DNA of 55,389 nucleotides from Halocafeteria seosinensis (taxonomy: Eukaryota): NCBI GenBank assembly GCA_001687465.1, contig LVLI01000146.1, positions 124,001 through 179,389 on the forward strand, in the 5' to 3' direction. Of this stretch, positions 13,001 to 26,410 are shown in pieces. Every line of letters begins with the position of its first letter. Position 1 is the first letter of the stretch. A program made the translations under genes and the position numbers. The notes beneath the pieces are model-generated. The model worked only from the letters and a program-made list of their open reading frames with translations, ran no database searches and was not told where the DNA came from.

Positions 13001-16000
13001 TGGTCCTCCCACGGTAAGTAAATCGAAGAAGTATATAGTCGCATCTATTCTTAAATTATCCGGTTTTGTTTTTCTTACCAGGTTCCTCCTGAACCTCCAT
13101 TTCCCGCCAGAGATCTTTCCGGCTACTCTGAAATACCATACGCAACGTCCTTCTGGAAAGACTGCGAAAGCTTTGGTAATGCTGTTCCTCAGGATGGTTT
13201 TGACTTCGTTTTGAACACTGCGGGACAACATTTTTCCAAGGGAGTGGGGATAGACTGTGTATGGATTGATTGGAAAGAGGCGGAGCATGGAAACCACGAT
13301 GCCCCTATTGGTGGGTATGAAGTCGGATGGCTTCACGTGACGAATGACAGTACTCTACCTGATGATGCAAGCGGTTGTCAAACTGTCACTTGTACCGGTG
13401 GTTCAAAAGAGACTCGTATGTGTGTTCAGGGTATCAAACCAGCGTCCAAGGTTTCGTTTTGCGTACGCGCATGGAACGAAGTAGGGTTTGGTCCGTATAG
13501 CGACTTCTCGGAACCTGTGCAGCTGTTGCTGCCCCCGAAAATTGTACCCTCCTTACCAGTTTTTTGCGAAAAACGAGCTGCTGAGGCGAGCGACCTTATT
13601 GCTGGGTTTCAAGCTCTTTCTACCCTTGCTCAAGACAAGCTATTGGATGTGGTCTCGATCTTCGACACCTCTAGACTGGAGTTGTACAATGGCACAGGAT
13701 CGCATTCCCTGAAGCTTGTCGCGGACATTGCTTCTTGGGAGAAGGCTGGTGTCGATGAAGCACCATATGAAGCCGTGGCAATAGAGTATGGGGGTGGCAC
13801 GGAAGTTACTGACACGGAGGCTGCTGACGCCGACGCTCTGCAGGGAAGACTCTTCATTTCGCTTGAGTCTTTGCTTTATACTGATGGTGAAGTTAGTATA
13901 ACGCAACTAGACCCTGGAGCAGCTTACGTTTTCTCTCAGCGATATTTCAGTGGAGCTGGTGTTGGCGAACGCAGTAGCTTTACATCTAAAATTCGAACTC
14001 TTGGAGCACCTGAGACCTTTTGTCCAAGTCCGGCTCCAGTAAAGGCTTCAGGAACCGCAATAGATGTGTGTATAGCTTCAGCGAATGATTCCCGTTTTCT
14101 TAGGTGCGGATCAGCGGATGCCCCTTATGAGGGGTTTGAGATCGAATATGAAGGGACTCCCCTCGACGATAGTGATGGGTCCTCCACCCCAGACAGAATT
14201 CATACTGGTTCTTGTAGCCTCTGGCTATCCTCTGTTTCTGTAGTAAATTCTATCGAAGAGATGGACGGGACGAAGTCGCTGTCTTCCACTGAGCACAATA
14301 GCGTGTGCGGCTTCTTGGTTGACGGAAGTCTGTATATTAGAATTCCTGGCTTACGCTCCCTTTATCGATATACTTCCCGGATTCGTCTATTTAATAATTT
14401 CGGAAACTCCACATGGAGCGGCTGGTCGGAGCGGAATCGCCTTTCTACTACGCTAGGTCCTCCTCGAAACCCGCCATCGGGCATTAAAGTGGAAGGCATC
14501 ACTCTAACCCAAGATGCCAGCATTAGTGTAGTGCCAGCAGAATTTGCGTTTGTTACTCTATACCCTCCAGTCTTAGGTGAATTTGAGGGGGCCATCGAGG
14601 GTGTTGCAATACGCCTCGTGGAAGTATCAACGAATAGTGGGGAGAATCTGAGTGAGTCGCTCAGCGGTTCCATCCCCGGAGAAGGCAGAAGCGAGAACGA
14701 AATCATGGAGCTGATCAGGGCTGTAGAAAGTGACCAAGCTAATAGAATAAGGAGCCTAAAGATCCCTCTATCGCGAGTGAGGGTGCTAGAGTCCGGTGCA
14801 TATCAGGTCACGGTGCCAGATTTGGAACCGGGCTCTTGGTATTTTGTTCAGGCTTCTGCGTCAAACAAACTGGGCAACTCGCCGTTGAGTGCGTTAGAAC
14901 CGGGAAGTTTATTCTTTGCAAGAGGCGTGCCTGTCAGCGTACATCTACCACCAGTTCTGTGTGAACGGAGTGCCAGAAGTTTAGTCATAGAGCACGGCAA
15001 AAGTGATCAACAAGATATAGTGGATGTTGTAAGAGAGTATCTCCAAAATTGCGATGGCACGCAGAAGACGGAATTACTCAATAGTGGTTGTCCAACACAT
15101 GCAGTCTTTGATTGCTTTCGAAAGAGCTCTAAACGAGCTGTCATATGCTCGGAGGAAGCGGAATTGGCAGTTCCTGGAGATGAGCTAGTGGACGGCATAG
15201 GTAAAGTGCTCAAAGACGCGGCTCCTGAAACTGAGCCGGCATATTTGCCCTTTGTGGCGACCGCAGTAGCTCGGTTATTCTGCTATGCGAAGGTCCGAGT
15301 TCGAAATTTAATACCAGGAAATACCTATATAGTTGAGCAGCGATTTCAGAATGATACAGGCTCTAGCCTATCAAGCGCAGAATCGCTGGAGGCAACAACT
15401 GTTGCAGAACCCCTGGGCCCTCCTGAGACGGAGGACCTGGTCACTGAGGTAGAATCTAGTGAAGGCGTATACATGGCAGAAACTGTTGAATCGTTGGATG
15501 AGCCGGATGAACAGTTTTTGCTCCCACCAGAGCCCAGCTTCAATATGGAAGCTGATACCAGTAGTGTGGAACACGTTGGCTTATACCACTCCATAAATTT
15601 GAGTAACGTCGTAAAGTATCAAGATAGGTGCGTAGTCTCTGTCAGAATAGGTCTAGTTTCGGAAGCTGTGGAGAATGAGGAAGATGAGGAAGATGAAGAA
15701 GATGGTGGCGATGAGGCCAACGTATCATGGTTTATCACATGGCTGCTAGGCATGCAATACTATATTGATGCCAACTCTCCCGCCGCCCAACTTTCTCTCC
15801 CTTTTCAAGACATTCTAGAGGCCATACCTGTGCGATCTCAGATCGATGAGTTCCGGCAACTGGTTAATGACCCGGCAAACTCCAGATGGATGAACGAAAA
15901 CAGCGAGGTGTCTGGCTTTAGTCGGATGGACTTGAGGTTCCTAATCTCACTGTCGGTTGCAACGGATGCTTCGTCTTCTCAATGGAGCTATGATTTTGAT

Positions 16001-17521
16001 CTTGCTCATCCGGAAAATGACCTTCGATCGGCGAATTTTGTGCTAACTCTATTGCCCTCAGATATCCCGGAAGGTGTAGGATCTACTGGTGATGATAGCG
16101 GAACCGAGGACATGGAACCGATACCGGGGGGTGCATCCACCTCGGCAGCTATCAGTTCTCAAAGTGATACGAACGATGCAACTGAATTGCATGCAACAAA
16201 TGCCGGCGTAGGAGCTCAGCAGCAGTCGACAGAACACACAACAGAAACGGGGTATGAGTCTTCGGCGGCTACTGAGAAATACGCTAATGCAGGAGGGCAA
16301 CACTCGCTAGATGCTGAGAATACTGCTGAGAAGGTGCACCATGTTGAAAATTCTGGCACAGCTACTACGCATGAACGTTGCGATTCGCCCGGAAATACTG
16401 GAGATGGAACGAGTGAGCGTCCTCCACAAAGACCTTTCCAAACCACATCTAGACCGACATTTGCTGGTGAAGAAAATGCAAACGCTGATGAACGAGATCG
16501 TGTAGTGGAGGGTTCGGCACAAGCAGAGAAGCCTTGTTTCCAAAGGGCCAGTGAAGTAGGGTACGCTTCTACTGGTGGCACCCAGTCAATTGAACAGGAG
16601 GTAGCTGCTACTGTTGCCCCCAGCAGTGAGAGTACCAATGTTGCACAGAACATGTCGGAGCGGGATGCTGCGCTCAATTTCTCGAATTCAGTTGTACTGG
16701 GCTCGCAACAAGCTGAACAAACATGCAACACCAAGACACCAGGGGAGGGGGAAATTTTGAACAAGTCCCATTATGGTGGTAAATCTGTGGTCACAAGGAA
16801 TCGTGATGGCTTCCTAACAAGTAGAGAACCACCAGAAGCGCCAACAGGAGTCTCTGGAGATGGAGTTAAACAGCCTGAACGGTCTGTTGTTGCATCCGAC
16901 GACCAGGACTTAATACGAGAGCCTCAGACGACTGGGAATAAAGAAGCGGGGGTGTACATGAAGGAGGATTCGAGTATTTCCGTCGGGCAAGCTGAGACAC
17001 TCTCAGCACGACTTGTTGAGACGTCTGCCGCCTACGGAGCCGGAGAAACCAATCCACCAACTTCTGAAACTACTGCAGCTACTCAAACCGCTGGGAAAGT
17101 AATAACAGTGGAAGGTTCCCCAGTCCATTATGCTCAGCATACTAATGGCGACAAGATTGATGGGATTGGGCACGTGGAGGAAAGCTCTCCGGATGCGAGT
17201 GTTGAGCACGAAAAGCAAGAGCGAATGATAAAACAGCATTTGAAAGAAAAGGAATTGGCGATGTTTCAGTGCCCTCATTGTCACTCGCATGTGGCTTCAG
17301 GAATGGGTTTTTGCAACTATTGTGGGTTACTTATTCCTTTCGGTTATGACGGAAATTCGGGCGATCCTCTTTATATGGTATCCCAAATATCCTCCAACGA
17401 CACGCGATTGAAGACTTGCTCTGTTTGCAGTGGTTCTTTGGCTGGCCATGAGCGTGTTCCTCGTTTTTGTATCCACTGTGGGGAGGAGCATCTTACAGGA
17501 CTTAGTCAAGGCGCAGAATGA
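10089..17521 (+). CDS. Giant (~2454 aa) protein: NPF-rich N-terminus, possible PH-like region, multiple divergent fibronectin type III domains, low-complexity region, C-terminal double zinc ribbon; single intron 13014-13081
   Basis: The 68-bp GTAAGT..CAG intron joins the two long ORFs in frame. FN3 signatures: GLESNSIYNFRILSVNRFG, GLASDSPYYVVSRAFNAVAIG, GIKPASKVSFCVRAWNEVGFGPYS, DLEPGSWYFVQASASNKLG. C-terminus: CPHC..CNYC and CSVC..CIHC. Confidence 0.8.
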
Positions 17522-17586
17522 ATAGAAGGTCCTTATTTTCAGCAGGTCTTCTGATGTGTTGCCAAGAAATTATGTCCGATTTCTGG

Positions 17587-18703
17587 TTATACGAAGCTGA
17601 AATTCCAATCCCCTGGCTCAACGGTGTCAATCTCGCTGGTTTGAGGACGAGGCTCCGTAGAGGTTTGCGGTTCTCGGTGCAAAAACTCTAGGAGTTCCCT
17701 TTCAGGAGATGTCATATCGGATTCTCGAGATCCCCGAGAATAGGCAATGCTAAGGAGTCCGGTGAGTACAATGCCGAAACCGAAAAATACTGAGCCTGCG
17801 TCCAATATCATCGTCGACCAGGCAGTCTCATCATACTGACTCCATTGAGCAGCTACCAACGACAGATGCGTTACTCTTTCCGACTTAAGGCATTCGTCTG
17901 GTTTTCTGTGGAATAGAGCGTTGAACCTATCCAAAGACTGGCGTGCGATTTGTGTTCCCAAATAGCTGTCAAGTTGAGTTGCAGCCCGCTTCAACAGGGT
18001 CTCAACGTAATTCCTACGGTTACTTTGCACTCCTAGTGCGACATTTATGACGGATTTCTCTGCTATGTTCAAGAGCAAAGATTTCTTAGAGAGGATATAG
18101 CCGCATATTGCAGTATCCGTGTATTCCTTACTGGCTATCTCCTTTACTCTCAAAACTGCTTCCCTGTCTGGACTCATTGCCGCAATGCGCACTGTATCCT
18201 CGTTTGGAGACGATACCGGAATGATAACCTGTGTATCGAAATGAGTTCAATCTCTTTGTTGAGCTTATGAATGTGATGATTGCACAATGACGTACGAAGA
18301 AGCTCCATGTAAGCGATTCTTCATCTCTGCAAGCGGTGAAGGAGAACGACTCATTCGAAGGAAACAGCGATACAGTGACGGGAACATCCTCTTTTGAATA
18401 ATTTAAGTCATTATCCTGTTCACCAGTATGTGTATGTAATGGGAAAATGAACCTGCATAGGAGACTTTTCTGTGGAAGGGAATTCTAACTTCATGAGAAT
18501 TCCACTCGTACCTACCCTTTCAGATGTATTATGTCTTCAGCTCCGACGGTAGACACGGCTCCAACAAGTGGTATGATAGTGCAGTCTAGACTGCATAATA
18601 ATGGTATATAGAGCATGACGATAGCTCGTAGTGTGGTCCGAACCCTGTCCCCTATTGCCATCTCCTTCGAAGAGAGGAATTCTTTCTTCCGATAACCATG
18701 CAT
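17587..18703 (-). CDS. 3-exon protein of unknown function with an N-terminal hydrophobic segment and a C-terminal transmembrane helix
   Basis: GT-AG introns join ...IIHLKG / FIFPLHTH...LTWSFF / VIIPVSS... in frame. TM-like AGSVFFGFGIVLTGLLSIAY. Start codon uncertain. Confidence 0.55.
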
Positions 18704-19258
18704 TAACAGTATCAGAACTCGACCAGAGCCACGTTATTCACTCTTATACAAGGACTCTTTGTCCAATACTCATGGGCTATAACGCAGCGACGAGAATCTA
18801 ATAATGCCTTCTGGACTATGGACTTGAGTACTCATAAATTCTTGCTCTGAATGAAGAATTCCTCTTAACTTCGTTTGCTTTCCCCACTAATCTTTCCGGA
18901 ATGAAACCCCCAATGCACTAATCTAGTACGTTTTATAAACACTCAGTTAACAAAATTAACCCCAATGGCATAAGTACGGATATCAGGAATCATCGTGTTT
19001 TGTGTCCCGTTGCTACCAAGTTGAAGTCCGTTTCATTGCTCTTATTATATACATAATAGCTCCAAAATCATTTCTATTTATATACAGTGCCAAATATATA
19101 TAAAAAATAAACATGTCGATATAAATCGTCATGTGATAGCGCTCATAGCAAAAACCAAAGGTCCGTAAGTCCTACCTGGAACTTGAGCTTCCCGGGAGCA
19201 TTATGGCTCTTTATACATGTAATACAGCTATCTTTTTCGCTTCACTAGTACATAAAGA

Positions 19259-19636
19259 ATGATGCCAACTTCTTCAAGATTCCTTATTGGCTTCGTGGTG
19301 ATAATCGGGCTAGTCTTGCAGACGGAAGGAACGCGCTTTAGGGTGGACTGCGCAGTCAAAGATTGCCCTTCAGGAGAATGCGTTTTCTCCAAGTGTACAA
19401 GTCCTGTTCACTGCACAGGAGGGAAGTGTAGATTTGTCAGCTGTCAAGAACCAGTGTGCGAAGGTGGTCAATGTGAAATTGTCAGCTCGTGGAATGGAAT
19501 GTGCCCTGGAGGCAGGTGTGACTTTATTGACTCCAAAACAAAAGTCAGCCACGTGAATTGCAAAGGTGGGAAATGCAAAGAGAATGGTTCAGATATGTTC
19601 AAGTCCCAACACAAAAGGCAAGGCGAAATATACTGA
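19259..19636 (+). CDS. Small secreted Cys-rich protein with CxGGxC repeats
   Basis: Signal-peptide-like FLIGFVVIIGLVLQTEG, then 13 Cys including CTGGKC, CEGGQC, CPGGRC, CKGGKC. Confidence 0.75.
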   Translation: MMPTSSRFLIGFVVIIGLVLQTEGTRFRVDCAVKDCPSGECVFSKCTSPVHCTGGKCRFVSCQEPVCEGGQCEIVSSWNGMCPGGRCDFIDSKTKVSHVNCKGGKCKENGSDMFKSQHKRQGEIY

Positions 19637-19734
19637 GACAAACGAGTTATTCAACTGATGTATCTTTCCTAACTTCTCACTATTTATCTTTTGAGTAATC
19701 GAGAACTACGCAACGTACACAAGCTACCCTATGC

Positions 19735-21611
19735 TTACGTTTTGTTGGCTAATTCGGCCTTAAGGGACGCATTCTCCAATTCGAGCTGCTTGATTTTATC
19801 CCTGGCCTGGTTTAATGCGTCTTCAAGCTCCTGTACTCGCTTTTCGTCGCCACCGCTCTTGGCTCCACTGTTCTGAGCGGAAGCCGACTCGGCTTTCTTG
19901 CTGGGGCTCAGCTTGAATTGAGCCTGTTTGGAGACTGTTTCATTCTTGGCAGGGTCCAACGACATCTTTTTCATGGAACCGTTCTTTCCGTTGAACCAAT
20001 CACCAGCCTCAATTGCCGGTACACCGGCGAAAGTGTCGGGGAAAATATCCTCTTGGAATCCTTCACTCTTCCTCGGCACAATAAATCCCATTGGCTCAAT
20101 CGAGTCAGATGTAAGTTTATAGAAGCGGGCGATCTCGCATTTCATTATGTTACAGGCCCGTTTGGGAGCCATAGCCAGTCCTTTGCATGGAACGCTGGTC
20201 CTATGCTCTGTTTCAGACGAAAAGGTGTCCAGTGAGTGTTATGCCATTTTGGATGTTATCAGCTCCGGAAACAATACTTACCAGCTGTAAGGTGGATATA
20301 TGGGGAATCATCGACAAGTTCGAAGACCCGAATGTTTCCATCTCCCTGTAAATTGAAAAAGCTACTCGTGAACCGGAACTAGAAGGTCAACTTTGCCTAT
20401 CTGACTTACTTTTCCTGCAAGGTAGAGCAGTCGCGTATCCTCATCGTAAAATGGCATCAAAACGCCGGCTGACTGATCCAACTCGGTATGGAAGAATGGT
20501 TCTGACAAGTTGCGAAGATCCCATCCTTTTACTTCACGTTTGGATTGTTTCGTGAACCCAGTACTAATGATTTGGTTCCGTTCTCCGACGAACTGGAGCT
20601 TGGAAGACTTGGCTCCTTCGTGTGCATTCCAACTCTGTATTTAACCCGGGAGGGAGTCGGGGGTAAGGGAAGCAAGCTCACACCAGCCTATGCAGCGGTA
20701 ATACTTACATGAACGACGGAAGATTGCCGAGGATCGAGAATCCTGGTTGTTTTATCCTTACAAGTGGTCCCCAAGTACTGACCAGTGTAATCCCAAACCA
20801 CATCTTGAATCAAACCCCCGAAGTCAGACAAAGTGACTTTATCTTCGGTCTTTTCTGCGTCCCAAACTTTGACTGTGTGGTCCTTCGAGGCACTTGCTAC
20901 TACATTATTTGCTACTGGATTGGCTGCTAATAATGTCGTCGGTTTGTTGTGGCCCTTCATAAACGCAACCGCTTCCGTCTTTTCTTGGAGCCCTTCGTCG
21001 GGAACCTGCCAAATGCCAACCGTGCCATCATCACTTGTGGAGTACATCATATTGTCATTGAAGGGGTTCCATCTCGTATCATAAACGGACCCAGCATGCC
21101 CGCAAAGAGTAGGTGCATCACGAGGAACTTTCCCGACTTGATCCCGGCGAAGCACGAGGATGGGCCCTCCTCCTCCTCGTACTGGAACGCTCACAAATTT
21201 TCCATTGGCTTGCACATAGTAATGGTCACCTGGTGTGACGGACAAATCGAGCCCGGTATATTGGTTTTCAGGCTTTTCCGGTTCGCAAAAGATATGCCTG
21301 CATTACAGCAGGACACGTTAAAATGGATATGCGGGCAGTCGGAAAACAACAAAAAGGGAAACTAGGGGTGCACCAAAGAGGCTCGCTCTTCGTTCAACCT
21401 GAGACCCTCAAACCCAACCATTGCCCCGGTGAAGGGGTCCAAATCATCCGTAGTTACTCTTTCCCTAGTGATAATCTCCTTTCATTACCCGACGTCCTTG
21501 TACAAGATCGCAGTGACGGGAGTGCTCTTTTCGGTGGATTCTCAAAGTGGAGACCCCGTTTTGCTCATCTACATACCTGAATTTTGAAGCACGGACGAAA
21601 CGAGACGACAT
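19735..21611 (-). CDS. Coronin (WD40 actin-binding protein with C-terminal coiled coil), multi-exon
   Basis: Exon 1 MSSRFVRASKFR spliced to HIF; GGGGPILVL; WD repeats; CEIARFYKL...IVPRKSEGFQEDIFPDT; terminal coiled coil. Confidence 0.95.
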
Positions 21612-22242
21612 CGTATATGGTGTTGCAACTAAATTTTGCTTCCCAGCGAAAACAGCAACAGAATAAAGCTGTACTGTGTCAAAATGTCAAGGAGGAATGT
21701 AGGCTGAATTGGACGGGTTTTCGAGCTCTTTTCCTCCCCGTTATACACAGACGAGTAGTAAAATTTGTTGCAAGAGATTGGCCAAGAGGGCAACAGGTGA
21801 TACTAAACAAAACACACAGAAACACTCGTCCAATCACTAGAAATGCTGCTATATACGCTTTCGCGTTTCCGTTACCGTCCCGACACCGACATGGACGGGA
21901 GCGTCCCGAAGAGGCCCGACCACGGTGCGGCTCCCAGCCGCACCAACCGAAGTGAAAGGAAAGATGGACGCCTCTGGAAACCACTTTCGCGTTTGGCAAT
22001 GGTCTCTTTATCAAGGAAAGAAGAATTCTTGAATGCATTTATAAGAATTCGTTTTCTTCTTTTTCCATTCATTGTATTATACTTTTCCTTCTCTGTGTAC
22101 TCTGTAAGAGAACTTCCCTGTCTGTCTCTTCCCCAGGACGTACAGGGAGCTCCAATACAGAGAGACCCACACATTTCTTATACTACACCGCTTTAATAGT
22201 GGAATTTCATGGGGGCATTCGTATCATAATTAAGAATCCAAA

Positions 22243-25179
22243 ATGACTATGTCAATGCGCGATTTGATACGCTCGGTCCGAGCGTGCAAGACGGCCAATG
22301 AAGAGCGAGCCACCATTTCCAAAGAGCTGGCCTATATACGGACCATGGTGAAAAACGAGGACCAGCGATACCGTGAGCGTAACATGAATAAATTATTATA
22401 TATGCATATGATGGGATATTCCACGGATTTCGCTCAAATGGAATGTGTTAGACTGATTGCAAGCTCCAATTTTGCTGAGAAAAGAACGGGGTATCTGGTA
22501 CGTGCACCTTGGTTGAGCACTATTATGCACGTACCTCACATGTATTATTATTGTTGGACAACTGTCATGCAGGCTATGATGATTTTGCTGGATGAAGAAT
22601 CGGAAGTCCTGAGATTGGCTACGAATTCAATCCAACAGTACGTGAATATTGCCCATTTCCTGAATGCCATTGTGGAGTGGCTGACTTTGTTTGATACAGA
22701 GATTTGAACTCCCGATATCAATACGTCGTGGCATTGGCATTGACGACATTATCAAATATTGGCAGCACTGATATGCTACGGGATTTAGCCAAAGATATAG
22801 ACAAACTACTGAAGTCCCAGAACCACTACGCCCGCAAAAAAGCTGCCATTTGTGCCATTCGGCTCTTCCAAAAGTGCCCAGATATGATGAATGACTACGT
22901 TACACGCGTTATATCACTGATGACGGATAGGAATCATTGGTACGTTGTGTGTTTGCCATAGTTGTTTGTCCGAAGTGTAATAGCCCCATTTGACCGCAGC
23001 GTGCTGCTTTCTGGTATCACATTGATGGGAGACATGATCAAATTAAAGCCTAATCTGAGTAAGAAGTTCGCGAAATTGGTACCAGCTCTTTCGAAAATTC
23101 TAAAGAAGCTTATTAGCGTGACTAACTCACCGGACTATTCTATTGGGAACATTACCGACCCTTTCCTTCAAGTGGGTAGCAACTCCGGCTGGAGCTGAAC
23201 AGAACCTCGATTATGGGTGATGTTCTCTTTTATTCTGGTTTACAGGCAAAGATCCTCAGGTTGATGTGTTACATTGGAGAAAGGGAACCGTCCACGCTGG
23301 AAAACTTGAACGACTCTCTGGCTAATGCTGCTACCAACACGGATTCATCCAAATCAACCGGACATGCAGTATTATACGAATGCGTTAGAACCATCGTCTC
23401 TGTGGACTGCGAAAGTGGCTTAAGGACCCTAGCTGTCAATTTACTAGGAAGATTTCTGGTCCGTAAAGACAATAATGTCCGTTATGTTGCCTTGTCGACG
23501 TTGCGAAGAATAGTAGACTATGACGATGAAACCGTGAAAAGACATCGGAGTACAATCGTCGATTGTTTGCGGGATCCGGACGTTTCAATTCGCAGACGAG
23601 CACTGGAACTTGTCGTCGCACTAGTAGACGACGAAAACGTGAAGAGCCTTACCGGTGAAATGTTGAACTATTTAATTGTGTGTGATAAGAATAGCGCTGC
23701 TGAATTGTGCCTGAAAATTGCTACTACTGCTCGAAAATTTGCACCATCATTAAGGTGGGAAATCGAGGTTCTGATGACTGTCTACTCGGTATCAGGTAAC
23801 TACTGCAAGAGGGAGATTTTTGCTCGGTTAATTTATCTTATAGGGAAAGCTGAAGAAAAGGATCATCGTGGAATCGTCCACAAGATGTTCACGAAGGCTA
23901 TCGAGGACCTCGATCTTCCTGAAATACAAGTAAGTCATGCTCTATATTTTGGCCTTGATCTAGATACTGTGTGCATCCCGGGTCGCAGATTGACTTCATC
24001 CACGCCGCCATCTGGTGTATTGGCGAATATGGTGAATTGCTCCTTGAAGATCCTCCAGAAGAATCACCCGAAGAGGTCGATGTTGCTGGGAATCGTGGCT
24101 CCAAGCAGACAGAGAATGATATTGTTGGACTAATCTTACGCGTCTTGAGGCATCATGAAGCCACGACCACGACGAAAGCTATGAGTCTCTCGGCGTTGAT
24201 GAAACTCATGGCTAGATTCAATGACCCGGAAGTCCTGACCGAAATTAAGCGAACTATTAAGGGTTTCCGAAACTCTCTCGATATGGAATTGCAACAAAGA
24301 GCTGTGGAATACGATGTCCTGGCGTCCGAAATGAGCAATGCAAGTGATCTCAGGAGAAAACTGCTGGCTAGAATGCCTGCGATGGCCGAGGACACGTTGA
24401 TGAAACGAAGTGGACTGACTACTACAGATATCAATGAGGCCGCCAATGCTCTGGACGCCAGTGGCTCCGAGCAGCAAATGGATATTTCTCGAGGCACCGG
24501 TGGACAAAGTGTGACCCAGAACGGTTCAGCTGCCTCTGCTCAAGATAGCAGCGAGGTTAACACGCCAGAAGATGATTCCCTAATTGATATATTTGGTCCA
24601 TCCGTAAGTACTGGTGCGAGCAGTAGCGGCGCCGCTGCCGTCGCAAGCGTGGGTATTGACGACCTTGGAGACCTCTTCGGCACTTCCAATGAAAACGGGT
24701 CGGCTCCGAATCGGCAGATTCAGACAGCAGTTTATCCACAGGGCAACGGTGGTAACATCGGTGGTGCTCAACAAGGTGAACCGCATACGCAGGGTCAAGG
24801 GAATAAGAGATTACCGAGTATTGTGGCACATGAAGATTCTCGACGGGGCGTAAAGATCATCTTTGATTTGGCCAAGCCTTACGGCGAGAATAACGAAGTG
24901 ACAGATATCCGTGCCAGAGCTTCATGTTCCTCGTCGCATCCGCTGGAAAACTTTAAAATGCTTGCTGCAGTACCGAAGTCTATGAAAGTGGTCATGAAGG
25001 CTGCTTCGGGAGAGCGACTGGAAGCTAACGGCACCAATGAAATTACGCAGAGAATGCGAGCAAACAACCCTCAATATCAATCCAAGCCTCTCGCTATGAA
25101 GCTGAAAGTATCTTTTACTCAAAATGGAGAGAATCACGAAGAAGTCGTCACTGTATCAAATTTTCCCGAAGGGACCTAA
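22243..25179 (+). CDS. AP1G1: AP-1 complex gamma adaptin, multi-exon
   Basis: MRDLIRSVRACKTANEER...KLLYMHMMGY...AVLYECVRTI...LAVNLLGRFL...NNVRYVAL...DPDVSIRRRALEL...ELQQRAVEY, hinge region and gamma-ear (AAVPKSMKV). Confidence 0.95.
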
Positions 25180-25288
25180 ATGAGATTTGCTCCACAACGT
25201 CTTCAGTAGGGTAACATTGAGATGAGTTGTTAGAGTTGTATAAACTGGTGGTATTGACATCACTAAGCAACAAATACACAGAACCAAG

Positions 25289-26350
25289 ATGACGGGAAAT
25301 CTGAATGGTTGGCGTACGTAGCTCCGAGAAAGAGTCCGTCTCATCGATATGGGCTTACCTATGTGCATGTTGCAGGAGAGTTCATCCGTCAAGATCGTAA
25401 AGACTAGTACGTGAACGAGGCTCCCACCTATGACCGTCCTTGGGGTTCGAGATGTTTTCTTCTGGCTCTTCGCAGCGCCTCTTGCTATTGTGAAGAGAAC
25501 ATTTACCAGTTGTGTCGCCAGCCGGTTTGGGAGGAGTGCCGTCGGCGAGATGAAGGGTTCCAAGGCTATGTTATCTTCCTCAGCAATGCTGGTACGTGAT
25601 GGGCTAGTGGAATGCGCACAGACTATGGTTGATTCGATTGGTCATCTTGGTTCAGATAAAAAATGTGCGGTTTGGCATCAGAGAGCTGCTGCGCAGCTTG
25701 GTCCGACTCCAGCCACTCAGAAAAACGTCGACGCTAGTCGGATCGAGGGCGTCGTGAACTCAATTGCGACTGAAAGCGAAACTACCGAAGCTACTGAAGT
25801 GGGCGATGACGTGTGTGTTTGGGATTATCATGTAATTCTTGTTACTCGACATAGCAACCCCCACCGCTCGGCGAAGAAGTTGAAACTTACGTTGGTTTGG
25901 GATCTGGATTCCACTCTAGACTTCCCAACTCCCCTCTCCAAGTATGTCGAACATGCATTCAAGTATCAATATCCCATAAAGGAGAGGTTTCGGCCCCATT
26001 TCCGAGTAGTTAGCATGGATCAATTTCTTCGGGTATTCGGCTCAGATAGGTCTCATATGCTAGATGCCGACGGAGAGTATATGGAATCCCCACCCGAGCA
26101 CCCCTGTATTCAAAGTGACCCCAGATTGTTTCTTAAGGATCACACTGTACCTCCAGCAGAAAAAGAAAATAGAATTTCGAGACATAACCTTAGTGTTTGG
26201 ACGGATACGGAGCATGAGTATGCAGTGGACGGCTCACCCACTGGGCCAGCAGCTATTCGAACCCAAGCTGTACATTTAGAACATTCTAATTCAGCGTTTG
26301 GTATATGTACAGACTTTAATAACTTGTTAGGATTATTCGAAGAAGCGTAG
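25289..26350 (+). CDS. NTAQ1: Protein N-terminal glutamine amidohydrolase (NTAQ1/WDYHV1), 4 exons predicted
   Basis: Spliced YASCYCEENIYQLC, VWDYHVIL, VWDLDSTLDFP and FGSDRSHM; Cys-His-Asp triad motifs. Confidence 0.92.
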
Positions 26351-26410
26351 TTATATACAAGGAGAAATACGAAACTTTGAATGATGCTGCAGCCCGCACT
26401 TCTTGTGCCG

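Noticed and set aside
13014..13214. Apparent frameshift or two separate genes at the 1041-aa/1436-aa ORF junction
   Set aside because: A canonical 68-bp GTAAGT..CAG intron joins them in frame.
21843..22196. 117-aa ORF upstream of AP-1 gamma
   Set aside because: Runs through pyrimidine-rich intron/UTR-like sequence; probably the 5' leader.
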